64,000 bases of DNA. Origin: an uncultured Chlamydiae bacterium (GTDB taxonomy: Bacteria; Chlamydiota; Chlamydiia; Chlamydiales; SM23-39). The notes under the pieces are model-generated. The model worked only from the letters and a program-made list of their open reading frames with translations. It searched no databases and was not told the DNA's origin. The stretch spans positions 217,853 through 281,852 of the forward strand of contig CAITMJ010000009.1 in NCBI GenBank assembly GCA_903893545.1, in the 5' to 3' direction. The position numbers and the translations under genes are program-made. Position 1 is the first letter of the stretch, and the number at the start of each line of letters is the position of its first letter. Positions 47,363 through 56,480 of the stretch are shown here, piece by piece.

Positions 47363-48958
47363 TTAGTTCGTTGGAAGTATATTCTTTTGGCTTATTTTTA
47401 AATAGGCCTCTCCAAGGGGAAACGTCGGAACGTTTTCTTGCGTCCTTTTTGATCTGTAGAGCGCTAAGATCTGATTGGCCAGTTTTTTGCCGAGCTGAAC
47501 CCCTTCTTGATCGAAGGAATTGATGTCCCAGATAAATCCTTGGAAGGCTACCTTGTGTTCATAGTAAGAGAGAAGTGCTCCAAGAGTGCGAGGATCGAGC
47601 CGATCAGCTAACAAAATCCGATTGGGCCGATTGCCGGGAAAGAATTTATTCGGATTTTGATTGTGTTGCCCCACTGCAAGGGCAATTGACTGCGCAAAGA
47701 GGTTCGCAAGGAGCTTTTCTTGGCTCGTCGTGTGCTCGACCTCTAGATCCATCCCATACTGCCCCTTCTTAAACCCGATCAATTCGAGAGGAACTGTATC
47801 GGTCCCTTGGTGAATCAGTTGATAGAAGGAGTGCTGCCCGTTAGTGCCTGGCTCTCCCCAGATGACCGGCCCCGTCGAAAAATCGACCGCTCGGCCCCTC
47901 TTATCGATCCGCTTGCCATTCGATTCCATATCGAGCTGTTGCAGATGCGCAGGAAAGCGATGCAACGCTTGCGAATAAGGGATCACTGCAACAGTTGGTA
48001 GATGCAGGAAATTGCGGTTCCAAATGCCAAAAAGCGCCGAGAGAAGCGGCAAGTTTTTCGCAGGCTCTTCTGTCAATGCGTGGTAGTCCATCTCATGGGC
48101 GCCCTTGAGGATTTCTTTCCATCCTTGATAGCCAATGGCAAAACCCAAAGAGACGCCGCCAACCATCGAGGTGGCTGAATATCTCCCCCCGACAAAATCC
48201 CAGATATAAAAAGAGGCCAAGTAGCGCGACCGATCATCCATCGGGCTTTTTTCGCCGGTCACCGCGACAAAGTGCTCTTTTGGATCGAGCCCTTTTTTCA
48301 TAAATGCAGTGCGGACAAACGCTTCATTTGTCAGAGTCTCCAACGTCGTCCCCGATTTTGACACCACGACGACCAAGGTCTTTTTCAAGTCTACCTTTGC
48401 AAGAATGCCATTTGCATCATCCGGATCGACATTGGAAATAAAATGCATGCGGCGCTCTGGCTTATGAAACGGTTCTAGCGCTACAGCTAGAGCTCTAGGA
48501 CCTAGGTCCGAGCCCCCAATTCCTATTTGGATAAGATCGGTATATCGCCCCTCGATCTTGGTCAAAAAGTGTTCGAGTTTTTTGAGTTCTAGATTTGCCA
48601 CTTCCGAGGCTGCCTTTGCAACTGGAGCTGCCTGGCGGTGATCAAAGACATCGCGCATCGCCGTGTGCAAAACAGCCCGCTCTTCGCTCTCAAATCCTTC
48701 GATTCGATTGATCGCCACGCCCGATTGCATGGCCGCCATCTTTTCCATCGCCTTGGCTTCCTGGGCAAGATGGAGCAGTTCCTTCAAAATCGCATCGTCG
48801 ATCCTCTCCGTTCCGTAAAGTAACGTAAAGCCAAGCGCATGGGCCGCGTATTTTTCTAATCGCTGCGGCGTCAATGCTCCTGGTTTTGAGAAATCAATGG
48901 GAGAAGAGGCGAGAGTCTGCAATTTTTTAACGGCAGACAGATGACCAAAAGACGACAT
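47363..48958 (-). CDS. pgi: Glucose-6-phosphate isomerase
   Basis: IGIGGSDLGP, SKSGTTLET, QQLDMESNGK, FDQEGVQLGK; ATG at 48958 with GGAG SD. Confidence 0.97.
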   Translation of the reverse strand: MSSFGHLSAVKKLQTLASSPIDFSKPGALTPQRLEKYAAHALGFTLLYGTERIDDAILKELLHLAQEAKAMEKMAAMQSGVAINRIEGFESEERAVLHTAMRDVFDHRQAAPVAKAASEVANLELKKLEHFLTKIEGRYTDLIQIGIGGSDLGPRALAVALEPFHKPERRMHFISNVDPDDANGILAKVDLKKTLVVVVSKSGTTLETLTNEAFVRTAFMKKGLDPKEHFVAVTGEKSPMDDRSRYLASFYIWDFVGGRYSATSMVGGVSLGFAIGYQGWKEILKGAHEMDYHALTEEPAKNLPLLSALFGIWNRNFLHLPTVAVIPYSQALHRFPAHLQQLDMESNGKRIDKRGRAVDFSTGPVIWGEPGTNGQHSFYQLIHQGTDTVPLELIGFKKGQYGMDLEVEHTTSQEKLLANLFAQSIALAVGQHNQNPNKFFPGNRPNRILLADRLDPRTLGALLSYYEHKVAFQGFIWDINSFDQEGVQLGKKLANQILALYRSKRTQENVPTFPLGEAYLKISQKNILPTN

Positions 48959-49065
48959 ATAACCACTCCAAAAAAGACTCACAATGGGCAATTTTAGAAG
49001 AGGAGTCAAGAAAAAAGCTTTTTCTAAAACCTTCTCTTTACGTATACTCACTCATTCTACAATCA

Positions 49066-49140
49066 CGGGGCATAGCGCAGCTTGGCTAGCGCGGCTGGTT
49101 TGGGACCAGTAGGTCGGGGGTTCGAATCCCTCTGCCCCGA
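49066..49140 (+). tRNA. tRNA-Pro (anticodon TGG), CCA not encoded
   Basis: CGGGGCA/TGCCCCG acceptor stem, TTTGGGA anticodon loop, GTTCGAATC T-loop. Confidence 0.95.
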
Positions 49141-49937
49141 ATTACTTCGCCACCCGTGGCTAAAAAGCCTTTGAGCATTCTCTCCCCTTGCGGAGTTAAG
49201 TGTTCCGAAGGGACAAGAATCCGATCCAACCCTCCCCACTCCTCAGAAAGAAAATGTTCAAACACCACCTTGACGGGATCCTCGATTGAGGAAAGAGCAA
49301 GATCGAACGCAGCATAGGCATCCCTGTTTGTGGGGAAAATAAGGCCTGTCGAAGAATCGATAGAATGGGAATAGATCGCCCCCTCTTCCCAGCGAAAGCC
49401 TTCACGGGGAAGGTCCATCCCCTTTAATCCCACCATAAAATGCTCAAACCTCTCCTTGCTAAGAGCGGCAAATACGGCCGAGGGGCTCGTAAACCCGGCT
49501 AGATCGAACAGAAGAAAAACATTTGCCTCATCGGGAAGGCGGTGGGAGAGCATTTGGAAATAGACGGCAAACGCCTCTAAGCAAAAGAGACGCTTTGAGT
49601 CCGCATCATCTGGCAGCTCTTCTTCCAAGATCCACGCTGCATAGGCCTCTTTTTGCTTGTCAGTCCATGAAAAAACAGCCGGAAGGTCAGCCGCCCCCCA
49701 ATAGAGGCAAAGGCCGTAGGTATCCTCTTTAAAAAGAGGCCAAACATCTTTGGAAAATTGCGTAAGAGCTAAACTCAATGACTGAAAGTAGAGCTCATCT
49801 TCCAGTGGAAAGAAGGGCTGCTCTAGGCCGAGGGTAAATTTCCAAAAAATTTTCTTCCCTGTAGCTACAGCCGAGAGTTCTTTGCTCCAGTCGAGCGAAT
49901 CACAAGGCCTCGAGGCTAATTCAACAATTTGCATCAT
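49086..49937 (-). CDS. Hypothetical protein whose 3' end runs antisense through tRNA-Pro
   Basis: 283 aa; overlaps the trmB stop; ends GRGIRTPDLLVPNQPR. Confidence 0.7.
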   Translation of the reverse strand: MMQIVELASRPCDSLDWSKELSAVATGKKIFWKFTLGLEQPFFPLEDELYFQSLSLALTQFSKDVWPLFKEDTYGLCLYWGAADLPAVFSWTDKQKEAYAAWILEEELPDDADSKRLFCLEAFAVYFQMLSHRLPDEANVFLLFDLAGFTSPSAVFAALSKERFEHFMVGLKGMDLPREGFRWEEGAIYSHSIDSSTGLIFPTNRDAYAAFDLALSSIEDPVKVVFEHFLSEEWGGLDRILVPSEHLTPQGERMLKGFLATGGEVIRGRGIRTPDLLVPNQPR

Positions 49938-50610
49938 ATTGGTACTTCATATAAAAAAATTCGCGCCCCTTTTCTTTCCATAAATCGCCAAAAAATGAAT
50001 CGCCATAAGAGGAGCATTCAGTCTGGTAAAAAGGATCTGGAAATTCCGCTTTCCACATCCTGACCTTATCGAACTCCCGAATCATCTGATCTCGATATGG
50101 CGCATCGTCGGTGAGCATCATGGCACTGCCCCCATTTTCCATCGTCTTTCCAAGAAGTTGAAGAAAGGGAGCCCAGATTAGCCGATGCTTGCCGTGGTGG
50201 CGTTTGGGCCATGGATCGGGGAAATTGACAAAGCTCTTAGCAATAGAACCGGGCCTTACATAGTAGCTTAAAAAAGCCGCTCCTTCTGCGCAAACAACAT
50301 AGAGATTTGGGATCTTCTCTCGAAACATCTTTAGCCAAATTGTCCGCGCCCGATCAAATCTCATTTCGACGGCGATCCAATTCGTTGCAGGGTTTAAGAG
50401 AGCCTGCTCCCCGATCCACTGACCATTGCCGCTGCAAATCTCCAAATAAACGGGGCGATCATTGCCGAAAATCTCTAGACCGGAAAAATCTAAAAATGCT
50501 TCCTTGTGATCGAACTGTTTTGGCAGGTAAAAAAAGCGCTCCAATAAAATCGGGCGCCTCTCATCCCACGTAAACGGAATGTGTAAGTCTTTTTTTGTCT
50601 TCAAATCCAT
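49921..50610 (-). CDS. trmB: tRNA (guanine-N7)-methyltransferase
   Basis: LEICSGNG, NFPDPWPKRHH, TDD. Confidence 0.92.
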   Translation of the reverse strand: MDLKTKKDLHIPFTWDERRPILLERFFYLPKQFDHKEAFLDFSGLEIFGNDRPVYLEICSGNGQWIGEQALLNPATNWIAVEMRFDRARTIWLKMFREKIPNLYVVCAEGAAFLSYYVRPGSIAKSFVNFPDPWPKRHHGKHRLIWAPFLQLLGKTMENGGSAMMLTDDAPYRDQMIREFDKVRMWKAEFPDPFYQTECSSYGDSFFGDLWKEKGREFFYMKYQYDANC

Positions 50611-50688
50611 TGAGGTAAGGAATTATACGTTTCTCTCTTGCATGATTCAATAACGATTGTTATGTTTACCGTAGCAGGAGGATGTTTT

Positions 50689-51369
50689 ATGAAATGTTGG
50701 ACCGTTTTTTTTCTCGCTGTTGTGTCTGTTGCCGCGGCGGCAGAACCTCAGTCGGGACTTGTCGATTTAAAAAAAGTCTTTACCTCTGCCCCGATCATCT
50801 ACTCCGCGCTATCTCTTCTCTCGATCGCCTCCATGGTGATCTGGTTCTATAGCCTGGCCACCGTGCGCGCTAAAGAAATTCTCCCGGAAAAATTCATTCG
50901 AGAACTGAAAAGCCAATTGAGAAATGGCCAGTTTAAAGAGGCTGAAGAGCTTTGCCAAACACAGCGAAAACTGCTCAGCTTAATTGTCTCAGCCGGCCTT
51001 TCCTCTCGCAAGCTAGGCGCTCAGCTCATGATCGACGCCATGAAATCCGAAGGAAAAAGAGCTGCAACCCACCTTTGGCAGCGCCTCGCGCTTCTCAACG
51101 ACATCGTAATCATCGCCCCTATGCTTGGGTTGCTCGGCACAGTGATCGGCATGTTTTATGCTTTTTATGACGTCAACCGCTCGATCGAGAGCATCAACTC
51201 CCTTTTCGATGGCCTTGGGATTGCGGTCGGCACTACAGTCGCAGGCCTTATCGTCGCCATCGTCGCTATGATTTTTTACACAACGCTCAAATATCGGACC
51301 ATTAAAACGCTAGCTGAAGTGGAAAATGAAGCTCTCTCTCTCTCCACTCTTATCGATGCTCGAGAATAG
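50689..51369 (+). CDS. exbB: ExbB/TolQ/MotA proton channel
   Basis: APMLGLLGTVIGM, TTVAGLIVAI; AGGAGG SD. Confidence 0.88.
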   Translation: MKCWTVFFLAVVSVAAAAEPQSGLVDLKKVFTSAPIIYSALSLLSIASMVIWFYSLATVRAKEILPEKFIRELKSQLRNGQFKEAEELCQTQRKLLSLIVSAGLSSRKLGAQLMIDAMKSEGKRAATHLWQRLALLNDIVIIAPMLGLLGTVIGMFYAFYDVNRSIESINSLFDGLGIAVGTTVAGLIVAIVAMIFYTTLKYRTIKTLAEVENEALSLSTLIDARE

Positions 51370-51377
51370 GAGTTTTT

Positions 51378-51836
51378 ATGTTCTCCCATGATGAATTAAA
51401 AACGGGCCAAAGCTTCAACTTTGCCCCCATGATCGACTTTCTTTTCCTCATGCTCGCCCTCTTTGCCACCTTGGCCGTCTCTAGATCTGTCCTCTTCGAT
51501 ACAGAAGTGGAGCTCACAGAACTAAAACCGGAAGATTCTGCCAGGGAAAGGGCAAAAGAAGCGGCAGAACGGCACTCGATCCACCTAAGCATTACGGCCA
51601 ATGGAAAGTATAAATGGCTCACAGAGTTTCAGGAATATCCGATGGAAAACGCAAAGGCGATCCAAGAAGAACTCTCTCGTCAATATGCCTTAGGCACATT
51701 GCCGCAAGAAAAAAAGCTCATCGAAGTGCTCCTTCACATCGATCGCCAGGCTCCCTGGGATCCAATTGCAAACGTTATTTTCGCCATTCGGGAGATCGGA
51801 TTTGCCGCCCGGCCAGTCTATGAAGCTGCTGAGTAA
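51378..51836 (+). CDS. exbD: ExbD/TolR family protein
   Basis: NFAPMIDFLFLML, IDRQAPW. Confidence 0.88.
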   Translation: MFSHDELKTGQSFNFAPMIDFLFLMLALFATLAVSRSVLFDTEVELTELKPEDSARERAKEAAERHSIHLSITANGKYKWLTEFQEYPMENAKAIQEELSRQYALGTLPQEKKLIEVLLHIDRQAPWDPIANVIFAIREIGFAARPVYEAAE

Positions 51837-51839
51837 GCC

Positions 51840-52331
51840 TTAGGATAAATGGAGATGAGCCATCGTCGGAGATGGGGTTTCATTGTACTTGTGAATATGT
51901 ATTGGGCTGAAGGGAAACATAACGGATGGGCGCGGCTTTGCGATGGCTTCATCAAAGACAGTTTGAAATATGCCGTCAAGTACATCGTCGACGACCTTAG
52001 CTATAACGATTTTATTTTCAATCTCCAGCACATTCTTCAATGTTTCATTCAATGTTGGCACGATTCTCCTATAGAGTGTGAACGACTCATAAGAATCATT
52101 ATGACCACAACGACTATTAATCGATTTCATGGCCTTATCGAACAAATGACATAAATTAACATTCGTATCCCATTGCGCGACCAATAAAATATGTTTTTTA
52201 GAATTTAAAAAATGAGAAACAGTATCTTTGGTTTTCTCTAAAATATCGGTAGTTTCTTTAAGTCTTTCTTGCGCTTCGCTTCTTACCAAAAAAAATGAAT
52301 TATAAAGTAAAGGGGACATCACAAAGCGCAT
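51840..52331 (-). CDS. AT-rich hypothetical protein downstream of tRNA-Leu
   Basis: 163-aa ORF. Confidence 0.5.
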   Translation of the reverse strand: MRFVMSPLLYNSFFLVRSEAQERLKETTDILEKTKDTVSHFLNSKKHILLVAQWDTNVNLCHLFDKAMKSINSRCGHNDSYESFTLYRRIVPTLNETLKNVLEIENKIVIAKVVDDVLDGIFQTVFDEAIAKPRPSVMFPFSPIHIHKYNETPSPTMAHLHLS

Positions 52332-52456
52332 CCGTGTAATCGTAAAGATTGAAAACAGACACCTTCATGAAATAGCTGGCAGCATTCGCCATATGCCCTG
52401 CCACTACAGCAAGGGCCTGTATTTGGAAGGTCTGCCATCATTTCTCTCTAATGAAT

Positions 52457-52540
52457 TGCCCAAGACAGGACTCGAACCTGCACACCCGTTAAGGTACAAG
52501 AACCTAAATCTTGTGTGTCTACCAATTTCACCACCTGGGC
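52457..52540 (-). tRNA. tRNA-Leu (anticodon TAG), long variable arm
   Basis: GCCCAGG/CTTGGGC acceptor stem, TTTAGGT anticodon loop, GGTTCGAGTCC T-arm. Confidence 0.95.
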
Positions 52541-52588
52541 AAAGGTGCTCCATTATAGCACACCGATGCTATACTTCAAGTTCGTTCT

Positions 52589-53443
52589 TTATTTCTGAAC
52601 CGTCTCTGCAATTGGCTCAGCGTTATCTAAGCTATTGAGGAGATGGCGGTGAAGTTCTGCCGTGTGTCCCTGAGCAACCCCGATAATGCCAGCGACTTTC
52701 TCTTCGAGAGGAGAGGTAGCTTTCAGATTGCCTCTTGCCAGAGCAAGAAGATCTCTCATATCGTAATTTTTCGCAAGGCGCTGATCGAAGGTAGAAGAGG
52801 CGCGATCAATCGCTTTTTTGAGGTCTTTATCTTCAAAAGACTTGGCTGCTTGCACGAGTCGATCCATTTTCTCTAGTTCAAGGGCGATGTGCTTTTCTTT
52901 GCGATCGGCCGTTGCATCTCCAGAACTATCTAAATGAATGCTTTTATAGTAGTACTCGAGATCGATATCGATGACGCTATTTTCGTCTTTCGTCTCTGCT
53001 GTGCCAGGAGCTTTGAAATTCAAAGAGCGGAGAACTTGGTCGTCTTTTGAAAAAGAAGCGGCTGCGGAGCGAACCTTTTGTGCAAAGGCTGAATTGTCAT
53101 TTCCTACAGCATTTAACAGCTGTTCATTTTTCGATGCTTGAATAGTGTCGTAAGAGCGGGCAAACTCAGGATGGATATTCGCTTTTCCAGCTTCTTTTCT
53201 TAGTTCAATCAACCCTTCAAGACCTTGATTTGCTTTTGCTTCATTGTAGTCCTTGTCCATCTCTTTCAAAAACTCGATATATTTGCCATTTTTGCTATCG
53301 ATGCGGACCTTTTCGACGATCGCAGAACCTACTTCATAAGAATTAGACATTGTCTGAGTAGAGGCACTTGTTTCGCCTTGAACATTCTCAACAGCAAGAG
53401 GGGCTCCTGCACAGAGGATCGAAGCTAAAAAAATTGAAATCAT
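52589..53443 (-). CDS. Secreted helical hypothetical protein
   Basis: Signal peptide; AGGAG SD; 284 aa. Confidence 0.75.
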   Translation of the reverse strand: MISIFLASILCAGAPLAVENVQGETSASTQTMSNSYEVGSAIVEKVRIDSKNGKYIEFLKEMDKDYNEAKANQGLEGLIELRKEAGKANIHPEFARSYDTIQASKNEQLLNAVGNDNSAFAQKVRSAAASFSKDDQVLRSLNFKAPGTAETKDENSVIDIDLEYYYKSIHLDSSGDATADRKEKHIALELEKMDRLVQAAKSFEDKDLKKAIDRASSTFDQRLAKNYDMRDLLALARGNLKATSPLEEKVAGIIGVAQGHTAELHRHLLNSLDNAEPIAETVQK

Positions 53444-53519
53444 ATACGACTCCTATAAATGTTTATTTAATGCAATGCTATTATAGAATTACAAAAGAAT
53501 TAACGGAAGTATAAAATTA

Positions 53520-54509
53520 TTATTTATAGTAGTTGATTGCAAAAATAAAATCATAGAATTTACTGATTTGTTTACCAGCCACCGTAAACCAGGCCCCGGC
53601 AATCACGCCCAAGTTCTCATTCCAGTTGTACTCGATGGCAGGGGCGATACTATATTGAATCGAAGCCTCTTTAGCAACGGTCATGGGAGTCCCAAGCAGG
53701 GCATTGGTGCCCGGGTAGCCTTCAAATGTAGATTTTGCCTGCCAGTACCCGATCAGGTCGATAGCAAGCGCCCAGTGCCTCGATAGAGCGTATTCAAACG
53801 CCAGGTCGAGCTCGACATCAGCTCCTGGCAGCACCTTGCCGTTGGCGTCTTTGCCGCCCCCGTACGCGTTATACCCTTTTACGTGGACAATGGAATTATA
53901 AAAATTATATTGGCAGGCAAGCCTTACATCGAAGAAGTTGTCTTTGGAAAAAAGCCATATTTTGCCAAAAACAAGCTGTAGCCCGGTCGTCCACGAACCT
54001 AGCCCCCCTTGGTCTGCGGCGAGCTTACTTGGGTTCAGATTTCTATATTTCCCCAATGGTAGGAGTTCAGAAATGGCCAATTTGATGCTGGGGAGCCATG
54101 ATTGACTCGGCCATTCATCGCGCCAAAGCTGAAATTCGAACTGGATCAAAGAATCTCTTAACGTCCAAGCCCCTCCTCCCTGCTGATTATGGTCCCAATT
54201 GGCTGCGCTGAGCTGAAACTCGATGTCGCACCAATTGGTCAACCCCACCCAGATAAACGGCTCTACCCCAATCATCCACTGGGTCGGAATCGTTTGGGCT
54301 TTCCAGTTATTGTCATAAAGGGCGGGATTCTTAGTAGCGTAGAAAAATGGCTCAATATTATAGGAGCCCTCTTCTACCGTATTTGCAGACGGGCAAATCA
54401 AAGGCCCTGTAAACCAGGGGGCTTTGGGCGAGGTCTCTTCCTCATATGTCCCCTTCTTCGCAAAAAGAAAGGCAGGAACAACGGCTAAGAAAAGGAAAGC
54501 TCTGCGCAT
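53520..54509 (-). CDS. Putative outer-membrane beta-barrel channel (COG4313/MetA-pathway-like)
   Basis: Signal peptide; WFTGP, PLGKY..L, alternating aromatic strands, aromatic C-terminus. Confidence 0.6.
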   Translation of the reverse strand: MRRAFLFLAVVPAFLFAKKGTYEEETSPKAPWFTGPLICPSANTVEEGSYNIEPFFYATKNPALYDNNWKAQTIPTQWMIGVEPFIWVGLTNWCDIEFQLSAANWDHNQQGGGAWTLRDSLIQFEFQLWRDEWPSQSWLPSIKLAISELLPLGKYRNLNPSKLAADQGGLGSWTTGLQLVFGKIWLFSKDNFFDVRLACQYNFYNSIVHVKGYNAYGGGKDANGKVLPGADVELDLAFEYALSRHWALAIDLIGYWQAKSTFEGYPGTNALLGTPMTVAKEASIQYSIAPAIEYNWNENLGVIAGAWFTVAGKQISKFYDFIFAINYYK

Positions 54510-54546
54510 AGGGACTATCCTATCAGCAAAATTTTTTTTTGGGAAT

Positions 54547-54590
54547 TTATTACACCACTACGCAAACGGGTGACAGTAGTGGCGTAATAA
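54547..54590. promoter_or_regulatory. 15-bp inverted repeat in a divergent promoter region
   Basis: TTATTACACCACTAC-N14-GTAGTGGCGTAATAA (arms match 14/15). Confidence 0.6.
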
Positions 54591-54617
54591 TCCAAGAAAC
54601 GATAGTTTGTCTTTTTT

Positions 54618-55028
54618 ATGCTAAAGTGGCTTCTTTTCCTTTTCTCTTCCCTTTTTGCCGTTGAGATCGAGTTCGGGGGGGCGCCCCTCGAAGTTGAGGT
54701 TGCTAGCACCTCAAAAGAAAGAGGTCTCGGCCTTGCGGGGAGAAGCTCACTCTCTGAAAATTCCGGGATGCTCTTTGTGTACGAGAAGCCTGAGGTCGTC
54801 CGCTTTTGGATGAAAAACACCCTCATCCCCCTTTCTATTGGTTTTTTTGACGCCAAGCAAACGCTGATGCAGGTAGAAAATATGGACGTGCCTGAAGAAG
54901 GGAAGAAACAACGCGTTTACACGAGCAAACGGCCTGTCAAATATGCTCTTGAAGTACCCCAAGGTTGGTTCGACCGGCACCATGCCAAGCCGGGCATGAA
55001 ATTTAATTTTACCGAGCCTGGCAAATAA
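54618..55028 (+). CDS. DUF192 family protein
   Basis: VEVA....R..GL, GMLFVY, FWMKNTLIPLSIGF, YALEVPQG. Confidence 0.9.
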   Translation: MLKWLLFLFSSLFAVEIEFGGAPLEVEVASTSKERGLGLAGRSSLSENSGMLFVYEKPEVVRFWMKNTLIPLSIGFFDAKQTLMQVENMDVPEEGKKQRVYTSKRPVKYALEVPQGWFDRHHAKPGMKFNFTEPGK

Positions 55029-55087
55029 AAAGAGCTTTCCCAGATCACTTAAATCCGATAAAATCGGTTTTCTTATTTTGAGGAATT

Positions 55088-56386
55088 ATGCGTAAGAAAC
55101 ACAAGCGGCCCTGGGGCGTATTCGTAGCAATTGTTTTAGCTGCTATTTTTGGAACCTGGGCCGGCAAAGATGCCACCATTTTTGGCATCTCTTTATACTC
55201 CGTTTTCGATGTTTTAGGGACTGTCTTTTTAAATGCCCTTCGCCTCGTTGTAGTCCCCCTCGTCGCCTCTTCGATCATCACCGGCATTGCCAGAATGGGC
55301 AACGAAAGTGAGTTTGGCCGCTTGGGTGCAAAAACATTTGCCTTTTACATCGGAACGAGCCTTCTTGCCATCTTCATCGGTCTTTTCTTCGTCAATTTGA
55401 TCCAGCCTGGCGTCGGCTTCAATATGGCAGACGGAAGTAGGCCAATGGCAACCTCCGACCAGGTCGCAGCCATCGGAGCAAAAATTGCCAGCCATGATGG
55501 GCAGGCTATTGTAAACGTCCTTCTTCAGATCGTCCCGCTCAATATCATCGATGCGTTTGGAAAAGGGCAAATGCTCGGCATCATCTTCTTCTGCCTTCTC
55601 TTCGGCTTTGCAATTTCCAAGATCGAATCGAGCACATCTTCCATTCTCCAAGGATTTTTTCAGGGCGTATTCCAAGCCATGATCCGAGTCACTCACGTCA
55701 TCATGCGCTTTTTGCCTTATGGCGTATTTTGCCTCATCGCAAAAGTGTTTATGACCACCGGCCTCGGCTCCCTCTCCTCTGTAGCACTTTTTACGCTCAC
55801 AGTGCTTATAGGCCTTGGAACATTCCTATTTATCGGATTGCCGCTGCTTTTAAAATTCGTAGGAAGAGTCAAGCCGATTCGCCATTTCAAGGCGATGGCC
55901 CCGGCTCTTGTGACTGCCTTTTCGACCAGCTCCTCTTCCGCTACCCTTCCGATCACCATCGATTGCGTAGAAAAAAGAGCTGGCGTCTCCAACCGAATCT
56001 GCAGCTTAGTCGTTCCTCTCGGCACATCGATCAATATGTCCGGCTCTGCACTCTATGAATGCGTCGCGGCCATGTTCATCGCCCAGGTCTATGGTATTGA
56101 AATTTCGTTCGTCACGCAATTTCTCATCGTCCTCATGTCGCTTGTCACCTCGATCGGCGTTGCCGGGATTCCATCGGCTAGCTTAGTCGCCGTCCTTGTG
56201 ATCCTAAAAGTTATCGGCCTTCCAGAAGAAGGGATTGGCTTTTTCATCGCAGTCGACCGACTTCTCGATATGTGCCGAACGACCGTGAACGTCTTTTCCG
56301 ATAGCTGCTGCGCCGTTCTTGTGGCCCGCTCTGAAGGGGAAAAAGGCGTTCTTTCGAAGGAGATTGTCTCCGACTTCGACGCTTAA
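55088..56386 (+). CDS. Dicarboxylate/amino acid:cation symporter (DAACS, GltP-like)
   Basis: FSTSSSSATLP, PLGTSINMSG, DRLLDMCRTTVNV. Confidence 0.93.
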   Translation: MRKKHKRPWGVFVAIVLAAIFGTWAGKDATIFGISLYSVFDVLGTVFLNALRLVVVPLVASSIITGIARMGNESEFGRLGAKTFAFYIGTSLLAIFIGLFFVNLIQPGVGFNMADGSRPMATSDQVAAIGAKIASHDGQAIVNVLLQIVPLNIIDAFGKGQMLGIIFFCLLFGFAISKIESSTSSILQGFFQGVFQAMIRVTHVIMRFLPYGVFCLIAKVFMTTGLGSLSSVALFTLTVLIGLGTFLFIGLPLLLKFVGRVKPIRHFKAMAPALVTAFSTSSSSATLPITIDCVEKRAGVSNRICSLVVPLGTSINMSGSALYECVAAMFIAQVYGIEISFVTQFLIVLMSLVTSIGVAGIPSASLVAVLVILKVIGLPEEGIGFFIAVDRLLDMCRTTVNVFSDSCCAVLVARSEGEKGVLSKEIVSDFDA

Positions 56387-56396
56387 TATTAAAAAT

Positions 56397-56465
56397 TAAC
56401 CACAGGCAACACAGAGCCGGTCAGCTTTGATTTGGTCTCTGTGTCCTCTGCGCTCTCTGTGGTAA
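56397..56465. repeat. REP-like imperfect palindrome built from 9-bp units
   Basis: ACCACAGGC-AACACAGAG ... CTCTGTGTC-CTCTGCGCT-CTCTGTGGT. Confidence 0.6.
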
Positions 56466-56480
56466 AAAAATTCTGCTGAA

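Noticed and set aside
51840-52456. Genomic island integrated at the tRNA-Leu 3' end
   Set aside because: Only one AT-rich orphan; no integrase and no duplicated tRNA 3' end (att) seen
52393-52638. 81-aa ORF on the + strand
   Set aside because: Antisense translation of tRNA-Leu (LPKTGLEPA pattern)
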